From NCBI GenBank assembly GCA_021813325.1, contig JAKALA010000007.1, positions 10,515 to 74,514 of the forward strand: a stretch of 64,000 bases of DNA, in the 5' to 3' direction. This document shows positions 46,259 through 57,474 of this stretch, one piece after another; within the stretch, counting starts at the first letter, position 1, and each line of letters starts with the position of its first letter. The stretch comes from a bacterium (GTDB taxonomy: Bacteria; Verrucomicrobiota; Verrucomicrobiia; Limisphaerales; UBA11358). Both the position numbers and the translations under genes were made by a program. The notes under the pieces were generated by a model. It did no database searches. It was not told the origin of the DNA and saw nothing but the letters and a program-made list of their open reading frames with translations.

Positions 46259-49200
46259 TCAGTGGCCGCCTTTTACATTTTCTTCAAATGCCGCCATGAT
46301 GGCTTCATCGCCGCTCAAGCCTTGGGATTGCACCCGCTTGAGCGAGGCCAGCACGCGGGCATAGTCTTGCGGCAACACCTTGACGAACTTCGGAACGAAG
46401 TTCTTCCAGTCATCCAGAATTTCGGTTGCAACCAGACTGCCGGCCAGGGTCTTGTGGCGTTCGATCAACTTCCGAACCTCCTCGATTTCATCGGGGATCG
46501 TCAGGCTTTCCAGCGAAACCAGTTCCGTGTTGCAGCGGCTCTGGAAGTCGCCAGCGGCATCCAGGACATAGGCCACGCCACCGCTCATGCCGGCGGCAAA
46601 GTTGCGCCCGGTGGGCCCGAGCACCACGACCCGTCCGCCGGTCATGTATTCGCAGCCATGATCGCCGACGGCCTCGACAACCGCGCTGGCGCCCGAGTTG
46701 CGAACGGCAAACCGTTCGCCCGCCATGCCGCGCACGAAGATTTCACCGGCCGTCGCGCCATAGATCGCCACGTTGCCGATGATGATGTTTTCGCGGGGCA
46801 AAAAGGTGGAACCTTGCGGCGGATAAACAATGAGTCTGCCGCCGCTGAGGCCTTTGCCGAAATAATCATTGGCATCGCCTTCCAGTTCCTGCGTCATGCC
46901 TTTGGGAATGAAGGCGCCAAAACTCTGGCCGGCACTGCCGTGAAACTTCAGGTGAACCGTGTCTTCCGGCAAACCGTTCGGGCCGTGTTTTTTGGTAATT
47001 TCACTGCCGACAATCGTGCCAACCACGCGGTTGATGTTAATGATCGGCAATTCGGCTTTCACCTTCTCGCCGCGCTCAATGGCGGGTTTGCAAATATCAA
47101 GCAGCCTGGTCACGTCGAGTGATTTTTCCAAGCCGTGATCCTGAGCCTGCGTGCGGAAACGTCCAATTTCCGAGACCACGCTGGGCTGATGCAGAATCGG
47201 CGTGAGATCCACCCCGCCGGCTTTCCAGTGTTCAATCGCCTTCCACGGACTCAACTTGTCCGTGCGGCCAATCATGTCTTCCAGCTTGCGGAAACCGAGT
47301 TTGGCCATGATTTCGCGGAGTTCCTGGGCGATGAAACGCATGAAATTGACCACGTGGTCCGGATCGCCGGTAAAGCGTTTGCGCAAACGCGGATCTTGCG
47401 TCGCCACGCCCACCGGACAGGTGTTCAGATGACATACGCGCATCATGATACATCCCATGACGACCAGCGGCGCCGTCGCAAAACCAAATTCTTCGGCGCC
47501 CAACAGCGTGGCGATGGCCACGTCACGACCCGTCTTGAGCTGGCCGTCGGTTTCCACATAGATGCGGTCGCGCAGACCGTTCAGCAACAAGGTCTGATGC
47601 GTCTCCGCCAGCCCCAGCTCCCACGGACCGCCCGCGTGCTTGATGGATGAAAGCGGCGAAGCGCCGGTGCCACCGTCAAAACCGGAAATCAACACCACAT
47701 CTGCGTGGGCTTTGGCCACACCGGCGGCCACGGTGCCAACGCCGACTTCCGCCACCAGTTTCACGCTGATGCGCGCGTCGCGATTGGCGTTCTTCAAATC
47801 ATGAATCAACTCCGCTAAATCTTCGATGGAGTAAATGTCATGGTGCGGCGGCGGCGAAATCAAACCGACGCCCGCCGTGGTGCCACGGGTTTTGGCCACC
47901 CACGGATACACTTTTTTGCCGGGCAATTCGCCGCCTTCGCCGGGCTTGGCGCCCTGCGCCATCTTGATCTGAATTTCCCGGGCGTTGACGAGATAATGAC
48001 TGGTGACACCAAAGCGGCCGGAGGCCACCTGCTTGATGGCCGAATTCTTGGAATCGCCCTTTTCATTGGTCCACGTAAAGCGCTCGGAATCTTCGCCACC
48101 TTCGCCGGTGTTGGATTTGCCGCCGAGCCGGTTCATGGCAATGGCCAGCGTCTCGTGCGCTTCTTTGGAAATGGAGCCGTAGCTCATCGCTCCGGTTTTG
48201 AACCGCTTGACCAGGCTTTCAACCGATTCCACTTCCTCGATTGGAATGGGATTCTCGGCGAATTTGAATTCCAGCAACCCGCGGAGCGTGCAAAGGTTTT
48301 TGGACTGGTTGTTGATCAACTCGGCGTATTCGCGATAAATTTTCTCACTGTTCAGGCGGCAGGCCGTTTGCAGCTTGTGAATGGATTGCGGGTTGAACAG
48401 GTGAAATTCGCCGTTGTCGCGCCATTGATACTGGCCGCCGGAATCCAGTTCCTGGTTGACGGGCAGCGGCGGGAAAGCGCGGCTGTGCCGGGCGAGCGCC
48501 TCTTCAGCGACTACTGCCAAGCCCACCCCCTGAATCCGCGAAGGTGTCCAGGTGAAATACTTGTTCACGACATCGCTGTTCAATCCCACCGCTTCAAAAA
48601 TCTGGGCGCCACGATAGCTTTGAACTGTGGAGATGCCCATCTTGGCCATGGTTTTCACCACGCCCTTAATCGCCGCCTTCACGAAGTTCTTTACGCCGGT
48701 TTTGTGATCAATCTTCGGCAACAACCCTTCACGAATGAGATCATCGATGGTCTCATAAGCGAGATACGGATTGATGGCACTACATCCGTAGCCGATCAGC
48801 AGCGCGAAATGATGCACTTCGCGTGGCTCGCCGGATTCCAACACCAACCCAACTTTGCCCCGGGTGCCGGAGCGAATCAGATGATGGTGCACGCCCGCCG
48901 TGGCTAGCAGTGCAGGAATTGGCGCATTGGCCGCATCCACGTTGCGGTCGGAAAGAATGAGCACATTGGCGCCAGCTTTAATGGCTTCATCCGCCGCGGC
49001 AAAAACATTTTCCAAGGCCGTTTCCAAACCTTTGGCGCCATCCGCCGCCTTGAACAAAATCGGCACCGTGACCGATTTAAAGCCGGGACGGCTGACCTGG
49101 CGCAGCTTTTCCAGCTCTTCATCTGTCAGAATGGGCTGTTCCAAGCGGATCAGCGCACAGCTTTCCGGCCCGGGATTCAGCAAGCCGCCGCGCGACCCCA

Positions 49201-50869
49201 CCATGGTGAAGGTCGAGGTGATGATTTCCTCGCGGATGGGATCAATGGGCGGGTTCGTGACCTGCGCAAAGAGCTGCTTGAAATAATTGTAAAGCAGTTG
49301 CGGCTTGTTGGACAACACCGCCAGCGGCGTATCCGTGCCCATGGAACCGAGCGGCTGCACGCCGGTGCCCGCCATGGGGCCGACGATGAAGCGCAAATCT
49401 TCAAACGTGTAACCAAAGACCTGTTGCTCCTGCAAAATCTTGCGGTGCGACGGCTCCGTGTGCTCCGCCGGCTCCGGCAGGTTTTCCAACAGCACGTGAT
49501 GTTCATCCAGCCATTTCTGATACGGCTGCGCACTGGCGTATTTCTTTTTCAGCTCTTCGTCGGCAATAATGCGTCCCTGCTCGGTGTCCACCAGGAACAT
49601 GCGCCCCGGCTGTAACCGGCCTTTGACCGCCACATTTTCCGGCGGCACCGGCAACACCCCGGCTTCCGACGCCATGATCACCACATCGTCTTTGGTGACA
49701 TAGTAACGCGAGGGCCGCAAACCGTTGCGGTCCAAACAAGCGCCGATACGAACACCATCGGTAAACGCCATGGAGGCCGGACCATCCCAAGGTTCGATCA
49801 AGCAGGAATGATATTCGTAAAAGGCGCGACGTTCCGCGTCCATGCTCTCATGATTTTCCCAAGGTTCAGGGATCATCATCATCATCGTGTGCGGCAATTC
49901 GCGGCCCGCCATGACCAGCAGCTCCACGCAATTGTCAAACTGCGCCGAGTCGCTGCCATCGGTGTTGATGACGGGAATAACCTTCTTGATGTCCGCTCCG
50001 AGCGTGGCGGATTTGAAGTTGGACTGCGCCGCCTTCATCCAATTCACATTGCCGCGCAACGTGTTGATTTCGCCGTTATGCGCGATGTAGCGGTTTGGGT
50101 GCGCCCGGTCCCAGCTCGGGAAAGTGTTGGTGGAAAAACGCGAATGCACCAGCGCCATGGCCGTGGTGACTGCCGGATTGCGCAGATCGGGATAATACTT
50201 TTCAACCTGCTCGGACATCAACATGCCCTTGTAAATCAAAGTGCGCGCCGAAAGGCTTGAAACATAGAACACGCCCCCGCCCTCCAGGGTCTTGCCGTAG
50301 CGGATGGTTTGTTCGGCCTGCTTGCGGATGACATACAGCTTCCGCTCAAACGCAGCCTCGTCTTTCAACGTCGCGCAACGGCCAATGAAAACCTGTTCCA
50401 TGAACGGCTCGGCTGCCACGGCGGTCTTGCCGAGAGAAGAATTATCGGTGGGCACATCGCGCCATCCGAGCAAAGTCTGACCTTCGGCCGCGACGATCCT
50501 GGCGAATTCCGCCTTGATCGCTTCGCGCTGCCCCGGGTCTTTCGGCAGAAACATCATGCCCACCCCGTAATGCCCCACCGCCGGAAGCTTGAAACCCAGC
50601 CGGGCCGCCTCGGCCACCAAAAAGTCATGGGGCACCTGGATCAAAATACCGGCGCCGTCGCCCGTGTTGGCTTCGCAGCCACAAGCTCCACGATGGTCGA
50701 GATTGACCAGAATTTTCAGAGCGTCCGACACCATTTGGTGGGACTTCTTTCCCTTCATGTTGACAACAAATCCCAGCCCGCAGGCATCATGCTCAAATTG
50801 CGGATCGTAGAGACCTTGTTTCGGCGGCGCACTCACGGGCGCCGCACCGGACATATTGGCTTTCGGCAT
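46259..50869 (-). CDS. gltB: glutamate synthase large subunit
   Basis: 1536 aa. N-terminal Ntn amidotransferase (HDACGLGFV), an FMN domain ([12 protein letters not shown]), and a GXGXG C-terminal domain. Confidence 0.95.
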   Translation of the reverse strand: MPKANMSGAAPVSAPPKQGLYDPQFEHDACGLGFVVNMKGKKSHQMVSDALKILVNLDHRGACGCEANTGDGAGILIQVPHDFLVAEAARLGFKLPAVGHYGVGMMFLPKDPGQREAIKAEFARIVAAEGQTLLGWRDVPTDNSSLGKTAVAAEPFMEQVFIGRCATLKDEAAFERKLYVIRKQAEQTIRYGKTLEGGGVFYVSSLSARTLIYKGMLMSEQVEKYYPDLRNPAVTTAMALVHSRFSTNTFPSWDRAHPNRYIAHNGEINTLRGNVNWMKAAQSNFKSATLGADIKKVIPVINTDGSDSAQFDNCVELLVMAGRELPHTMMMMIPEPWENHESMDAERRAFYEYHSCLIEPWDGPASMAFTDGVRIGACLDRNGLRPSRYYVTKDDVVIMASEAGVLPVPPENVAVKGRLQPGRMFLVDTEQGRIIADEELKKKYASAQPYQKWLDEHHVLLENLPEPAEHTEPSHRKILQEQQVFGYTFEDLRFIVGPMAGTGVQPLGSMGTDTPLAVLSNKPQLLYNYFKQLFAQVTNPPIDPIREEIITSTFTMVGSRGGLLNPGPESCALIRLEQPILTDEELEKLRQVSRPGFKSVTVPILFKAADGAKGLETALENVFAAADEAIKAGANVLILSDRNVDAANAPIPALLATAGVHHHLIRSGTRGKVGLVLESGEPREVHHFALLIGYGCSAINPYLAYETIDDLIREGLLPKIDHKTGVKNFVKAAIKGVVKTMAKMGISTVQSYRGAQIFEAVGLNSDVVNKYFTWTPSRIQGVGLAVVAEEALARHSRAFPPLPVNQELDSGGQYQWRDNGEFHLFNPQSIHKLQTACRLNSEKIYREYAELINNQSKNLCTLRGLLEFKFAENPIPIEEVESVESLVKRFKTGAMSYGSISKEAHETLAIAMNRLGGKSNTGEGGEDSERFTWTNEKGDSKNSAIKQVASGRFGVTSHYLVNAREIQIKMAQGAKPGEGGELPGKKVYPWVAKTRGTTAGVGLISPPPHHDIYSIEDLAELIHDLKNANRDARISVKLVAEVGVGTVAAGVAKAHADVVLISGFDGGTGASPLSSIKHAGGPWELGLAETHQTLLLNGLRDRIYVETDGQLKTGRDVAIATLLGAEEFGFATAPLVVMGCIMMRVCHLNTCPVGVATQDPRLRKRFTGDPDHVVNFMRFIAQELREIMAKLGFRKLEDMIGRTDKLSPWKAIEHWKAGGVDLTPILHQPSVVSEIGRFRTQAQDHGLEKSLDVTRLLDICKPAIERGEKVKAELPIININRVVGTIVGSEITKKHGPNGLPEDTVHLKFHGSAGQSFGAFIPKGMTQELEGDANDYFGKGLSGGRLIVYPPQGSTFLPRENIIIGNVAIYGATAGEIFVRGMAGERFAVRNSGASAVVEAVGDHGCEYMTGGRVVVLGPTGRNFAAGMSGGVAYVLDAAGDFQSRCNTELVSLESLTIPDEIEEVRKLIERHKTLAGSLVATEILDDWKNFVPKFVKVLPQDYARVLASLKRVQSQGLSGDEAIMAAFEENVKGGH

Positions 50870-51225
50870 TGTATTCAGGTGATCGCAGGACGGACATGCC
50901 TGCGTTCCTTTATTTTTTACTCAATTTAATTTTATGCGCAATAAATGTTTTCAAAAATTACGCGCGATTCGCCATTAGAAATCAACGTTTTCGCGACTTT
51001 TGCATTAGCAAAATCCGCCGCGATACGCAGCAAGGAAACTATTGCTGTGGATTAGATGCATTTGCCAACCGCGCTTCCCGGAAAATTCGCCAAAAAAACC
51101 GCGGAAAGAGAAAGCCGTCAGAAGATTTTTCACGGCGCCCAACCAAGCCAGACATCTTGAATCAGGCCCGGAACGAAGCCCCAACCGGCCCTTCATCCGG
51201 GAAGTTGCCGGGCGCCAAACCGGTC

Positions 51226-53406
51226 TCAGCGAGCCGGCTTCAGCCGCTTCACCTCCACCCCCGCGATGCAAAGGTCGTCATCAAATTTGGCCCGACCGGA
51301 AAAGGCTTTGACTTCTTCGATCAATTCCGCGAACAACTCGCCGGCGGGCTGTTGAATCCGCCGTTGAATCGCCGCCAGCAGACGGTCCGCACTGTAAATT
51401 TCGTTGCCGGGGCTTTCCACCTCAACCAGACCGTCCGTGAACAAGGCAATCAGATCGCCAGATTCCATGGCCTGCCGGCAGGTCGGAAATTCCCGGTCCT
51501 GAAACAAGCCCAATGCCGGCCCCTTTCTGACGCCTGGCTCTGGTTTGAGCCACTCGACGGTTTGCGAATTTCGGCGCACCAAAATAGGGTCGGGATGCGC
51601 GGCGCTGGAGTAACGAAATTCCCGGCGTTCCAGATCCACAATCAAATAAAACGCCGTGGCATACATGACCGATCCGCTCTGCTTAAAAATGCCGGTCAAT
51701 TCGCGATTCATCTGCAGTAGCAGTTCGCCGGGCTCATCCACCGTGCGGCTCAAATCCGCCACCAGCGCCCGCATCATCGCGGTGACCAGCGCCGCGCGAA
51801 CGTCATGCCCCATGGCGTCGCAAATGAACAAGCCCACAGCCGTTTCCGACAATGGCACCACGTCAAAGAAATCGCCGCTGACCGCCCCGGCCGGGGAAAA
51901 GAAACTGAAAAATTCCAGGTCGCTTTCCGCGGCGGAAGCATGGCTGGAGACCGACGGAAATTCGTGAGGCAGCATGGCCATTTGCAACTCACGCGCCATG
52001 TTCAATTCCTCCATCGTCTGATGATTCCGCTGCTCCAGTTCCAACATGTGCGCCGCCAGTTTTTCTTCCGCCTGCTTGATGACGGTGATGTCCCGCGCCA
52101 CGCCAATCAGCCCGGTGATGTTGCCCGTCGCATCCCGCAACGGCAGTTTGCTGGTCAGTAACCAGCGTTTCACCCCGTATTCATCAAAGAAAAATTCCTC
52201 GCGATTGATGATGGGCTGGCCCTGCAGAACCGTCTGGTCATCGGCCCAGAATTTTTCCGCCTGCGGTTGGGGGAAAAAGTCAAAATCGGTTTTGCCGATG
52301 GCCTCGGCCTCGCTCTGGCGGCGGAGATTTTTCAAGTCGGCGTGGTTGGCCAGCGTCTTGCGTCCTTCGGTGTCCTTCGCATAAATGGCATCCGGCAGAT
52401 TATCCACCAAAGTGCGAAGCAGCAGGCGTTCACGGGCCAAAGCTTCCTCGGCGATTTTCCGCGAGGTGATGTCGCGCCCGATGCCAATCAATCCCACGAT
52501 GTTTTCCCCGGCATCGCGCAACGGGAGTTTGCTGGTCAGCAGCCAGCGTTTTTCCCCCGCCTCGTTGAAGAAAAACTCTTCGCGGTTGATCACCGGCTGA
52601 CCGAGCAATACGGTCTGGTCATCCGCCCAAAATTTCTCCGCCTGGGGTGGCGGAAACAAATCAAAATCCGTCTTGCCGATTGCCTCAGCCTCGGTGGGGC
52701 AACGCAAATTGATCAGGTCCGCCGGATTGGCCAGGGTCTTGCGCCCGGCCAAGTCTTTGGCGTAAATGGCGTCCGGCAAGTTGTCAATCAGGGTCCGCAG
52801 CACCAGACGCTCGTGCGAAAGTTCCGCCGTGCGCTCGGCAACGTTCTGTTCCAGCGCGTCATGCGACTGCCGCAATGCTTCCTCGGCCCGTTTGTGCTCG
52901 GTGATATCGCGATTGATTCCCACCAGCCCCAATATTTTCCCATCCTTGCCGCGCAAGGCGACCTTGGTCACCGAAGACCACACCACTTCGCCGTCTTTCT
53001 GGGTTTGCTTCTGCGTCTTGTTGATCAGCGGTTCGCCGGTTTGCAGGATGACCTGTTCATTGTGAAAAAACTCGCGGGCGCGCTCCGGCGGCAAAAAATC
53101 AAAATCCGATTTCCCAACGACCTGGCTGGCATCGGCCACTCCCAGCCGATGCGCCACGGCTTGACTGCACTTGATGAACCGGGAGTGAACATCCTTGAAA
53201 TAGATCCGATCCGGAATGTGATCCAGCAGCGCCTGAAGCAGATCGTCCGCGCTCGGATCGCCCGGCCTGGTTCCGGTCAGTTGGGCTTTTAACACGGCGT
53301 TCTGCTGTTTAAGGTCAGCAATTCGCTGCTCCAGTTCCTGTCGCGACGGCGCTCCGGCATTTGGCATAGACTTGGGCTCCAGTTCCACGGGTTCGGGAGT
53401 TGGCAC
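51226..53406 (-). CDS. PAS(x3)-SpoIIE/PP2C-type protein serine phosphatase
   Basis: Coiled-coil N-terminus, three PAS units each ending in RDIT..K.AEE, and a C-terminal SpoIIE-like domain (SGDFFDV...LFICDAMGHD...LFTDGLVE). GTG start at 53406, with an alternative ATG at 53367. Confidence 0.85.
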   Translation of the reverse strand: MPTPEPVELEPKSMPNAGAPSRQELEQRIADLKQQNAVLKAQLTGTRPGDPSADDLLQALLDHIPDRIYFKDVHSRFIKCSQAVAHRLGVADASQVVGKSDFDFLPPERAREFFHNEQVILQTGEPLINKTQKQTQKDGEVVWSSVTKVALRGKDGKILGLVGINRDITEHKRAEEALRQSHDALEQNVAERTAELSHERLVLRTLIDNLPDAIYAKDLAGRKTLANPADLINLRCPTEAEAIGKTDFDLFPPPQAEKFWADDQTVLLGQPVINREEFFFNEAGEKRWLLTSKLPLRDAGENIVGLIGIGRDITSRKIAEEALARERLLLRTLVDNLPDAIYAKDTEGRKTLANHADLKNLRRQSEAEAIGKTDFDFFPQPQAEKFWADDQTVLQGQPIINREEFFFDEYGVKRWLLTSKLPLRDATGNITGLIGVARDITVIKQAEEKLAAHMLELEQRNHQTMEELNMARELQMAMLPHEFPSVSSHASAAESDLEFFSFFSPAGAVSGDFFDVVPLSETAVGLFICDAMGHDVRAALVTAMMRALVADLSRTVDEPGELLLQMNRELTGIFKQSGSVMYATAFYLIVDLERREFRYSSAAHPDPILVRRNSQTVEWLKPEPGVRKGPALGLFQDREFPTCRQAMESGDLIALFTDGLVEVESPGNEIYSADRLLAAIQRRIQQPAGELFAELIEEVKAFSGRAKFDDDLCIAGVEVKRLKPAR
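52039..52800. repeat. tandem duplication of a 381-nt PAS-coding unit
   Basis: Residues ~203-329 and ~330-456 of the phosphatase align without gaps. By hand count about 99 of 127 residues are identical. Confidence 0.7.
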
Positions 53407-53712
53407 AACCCCCGCGAGTCAACCACATCACACATTAAAAATTAATCCGGGATGTAATCGTATCGCCCATTGGATTAAGGGACTTTAGCGCATTTCGCGT
53501 TTTTTTACACCGCAAAATTTGTTGGCTTCCAATGTTTTCGCCCGGATGAACTCCCGCTTGCATTTCCCGACTATTTTGCAAGTATTCTTGACCAAGCCAC
53601 TGATCGAGCCACCCGGGGAACCCGGCCATTGTTCTCCGGAGGCGGGATCAGTGCCAGATTCCGGTTTTTATGGGAAACTGAGCGCCGCCAAAATCCAACC
53701 CGCATCCGCGCC

Positions 53713-54708
53713 ATGAATATTGGACCTGTCACCAATCATCCGGCAGCAGTCAGTGTCGCCGAACCGATCACGCCCGCCTATGAGCGCGTCAAACAAATGC
53801 TCTTTCGCCCATTTGATCTGGCCAGATGGGTTACGCTCGGATTTTGCGCCTGGCTGGCGGGCCTGGGCGAATCAGGCGGCTTCAGCGGCAATTACGGCGG
53901 CGGAAACAACCATCACTTTGACCACAACGGTCAACCTTTGGATGAGTTTCGCCACCTCTATGCCGAAGCCAGCAGCTATGTCTTGGGAAATCTTTATTGG
54001 ATCATCCCGGCGGCGATGTTTTTGATCACGTTCTGCCTGGCCTTGTGGGTCGTGTTGCTCTGGCTCAATAGCCGGGGCAAATTCATGTTTCTCCACTGCG
54101 TCTCGAGGAATGTGGCGGAAGTCCAGAAACCGTGGAATCAATACGCCGCGCAGGCCAACAGCCTGTTTCGCTTCCAACTTTGCCTCGGGCTCGCGAGCCT
54201 CCTGCTCATTCTGCCGGCCATGGTTTTCACCGTAATCCTCGGCGTCCAAATGGCCCTGAGCGGGGTGCCCGTCCTGGCCAAGATCCTGATGATGGCGGCG
54301 CTGATCCTGGGTGCCATCCTGCTGGCGCTGATCTTCGCCATTGTTAAAAAATTCCTGCATGATTTCGTGGTGCCAATCCAATTTCTGCGAAATCAATCGT
54401 GTCTGAATGCCTGGCGGGAATTTTGGGAATTGTTGAAAATACATCCGGGCCAGTTTGCGCTCTACCTGCTGTTTCAAATTGTGATGGCGATTGCCATTGG
54501 AACCATTGTCATACTGGCGATTTTGCTCACCTGCTGCCTCGCCGGCTGTCTCATGGTGATTCCCTTTATTGGCACCGTTTTGTTGCTGCCGGTGTTGATT
54601 TTCAAACGCTCCTATTCGTTGTATTACCTGGCTCAATACGGCCCGAATTATGACGTTTTTCCCCCGCCGGCTCCGGCGGCGCCCACGACGCCTCTCCCAA
54701 ACGCATAA
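53713..54708 (+). CDS. hypothetical polytopic membrane protein
   Basis: Several TM helices and a Pro-rich tail. The ATG at 53713 (MNIGPV) is preferred over the track start at 53629. Confidence 0.55.
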   Translation: MNIGPVTNHPAAVSVAEPITPAYERVKQMLFRPFDLARWVTLGFCAWLAGLGESGGFSGNYGGGNNHHFDHNGQPLDEFRHLYAEASSYVLGNLYWIIPAAMFLITFCLALWVVLLWLNSRGKFMFLHCVSRNVAEVQKPWNQYAAQANSLFRFQLCLGLASLLLILPAMVFTVILGVQMALSGVPVLAKILMMAALILGAILLALIFAIVKKFLHDFVVPIQFLRNQSCLNAWREFWELLKIHPGQFALYLLFQIVMAIAIGTIVILAILLTCCLAGCLMVIPFIGTVLLLPVLIFKRSYSLYYLAQYGPNYDVFPPPAPAAPTTPLPNA

Positions 54709-54821
54709 TTTCTGGTCCGCTGACTTGAAGCCAAACCCGCGAATCAGCGGACGCGATGACGCACCTTCGCTGGTGATGATTGCGGTAAGATCATTGAGCC
54801 ACCAAACAACTCCCAGAAATT

Positions 54822-55658
54822 TCAGTCAAAAATTACCGTGCGATTGCCGCACAAAAAAACGCGATCCTCCAAAACCAATCGCAACGCGCGGGCCAGGACC
54901 ATTTGCTCCACGTCTCTGCCGGCCTGGGCCAGATCATGCGCCGTGTGCGTGTGATCCACCGGAATCACCTGCTGCACAATGATGGGGCCTTCATCCAGTT
55001 TTTCGGTGACGAAATGCGCGGTGGCGCCGATCACTTTTACGCCCCGGTCGAACGCCTGCTGATACGGACGCGCCCCCACAAACGCCGGTAAAAAGGAATG
55101 GTGAATGTTCACGATTCGCGCCGGAAAACGCCCCACAAATTCCGGCGTCAGCACCCGCATGTATTTTGCCAGCACCAGATAGTCCGGCTGGAGCGGCTCA
55201 ATAATTTTGAGCAATTCCGCTTCGTGCGTCTCCCGGGTCAGAGATTCAGGGCAGAGATGGCGGAAGGGCAGGTTGAATTTGGCCACGAGCGGTTCCAGCA
55301 TCGCGTGATTACTGAGCACGGCCAGCACTTCGGCGTTGATCTCGCCAAACGAATGCCGGATTAAAATATCCGCCAGGCAGTGATGCTCTTTGGATGCCAG
55401 CACCACAACCCGCTTGGGACGCACCGGCGCGAACCGAACCTTCGCCTTCGCCGGCAAAACCTTGCACACTTCGCTCTGCAACATTGCCGCATCCACCGCG
55501 CCGTCAAACTCCGTGCGCATGAAGAAGCGTTGGGATGGCCGGTCCACAAATTCGTGATTGCCCACGACATTGACGCCGTGCTGCAACAAAACTCCCGTGA
55601 TGGCGTGAACCAGCCCGCGCTGGTCGGCACATTCCACAAGTAGCACTTGCACGCTCAT
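54822..55658 (-). CDS. purU: formyltetrahydrofolate deformylase
   Basis: N-terminal ACT-like domain (LLVECADQRGLVHAITGVL) and a formyltransferase core (IVNIHHSFLPAFVGARPYQQA). Confidence 0.9.
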   Translation of the reverse strand: MSVQVLLVECADQRGLVHAITGVLLQHGVNVVGNHEFVDRPSQRFFMRTEFDGAVDAAMLQSEVCKVLPAKAKVRFAPVRPKRVVVLASKEHHCLADILIRHSFGEINAEVLAVLSNHAMLEPLVAKFNLPFRHLCPESLTRETHEAELLKIIEPLQPDYLVLAKYMRVLTPEFVGRFPARIVNIHHSFLPAFVGARPYQQAFDRGVKVIGATAHFVTEKLDEGPIIVQQVIPVDHTHTAHDLAQAGRDVEQMVLARALRLVLEDRVFLCGNRTVIFD

Positions 55659-55682
55659 TGCCGCTTCAATTTCAATTCAAGC

Positions 55683-57248
<1,566 letters not shown>

Positions 57249-57474
57249 GTCGGAAAATGCCGTTTCAGAAGCTGGCTTGGCAAGCAAATTCCCCGCACCG
57301 CAAATGCTGTTTAGCCTCCACGTCCGGCGATGTGCCCACAGCCCAGCCTGTTTGAATCGTGGCGGCGCCACGATGCCAGGCACCGCGCTTATAGTTATGA
57401 TTATGATTCCTTACCTTAAATCAACGCGCGATTCGGATTGTTGATTTATCGGAAGGTGTGGTAATCGTTTAAGT

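Noticed and set aside
50870-51225. AT-rich region upstream of gltB, examined for a sigma-54 (TGGCAC-N5-TTGCW) promoter. The 283-aa ORF 50869..51720 (+) was also considered.
   Set aside because: I found no convincing -24/-12 match on the gltB strand; the closest, ttggcaaatgcatct, lacks the -12 TTGC. The ORF overlaps the phosphatase gene in antisense and has shadow-frame composition.
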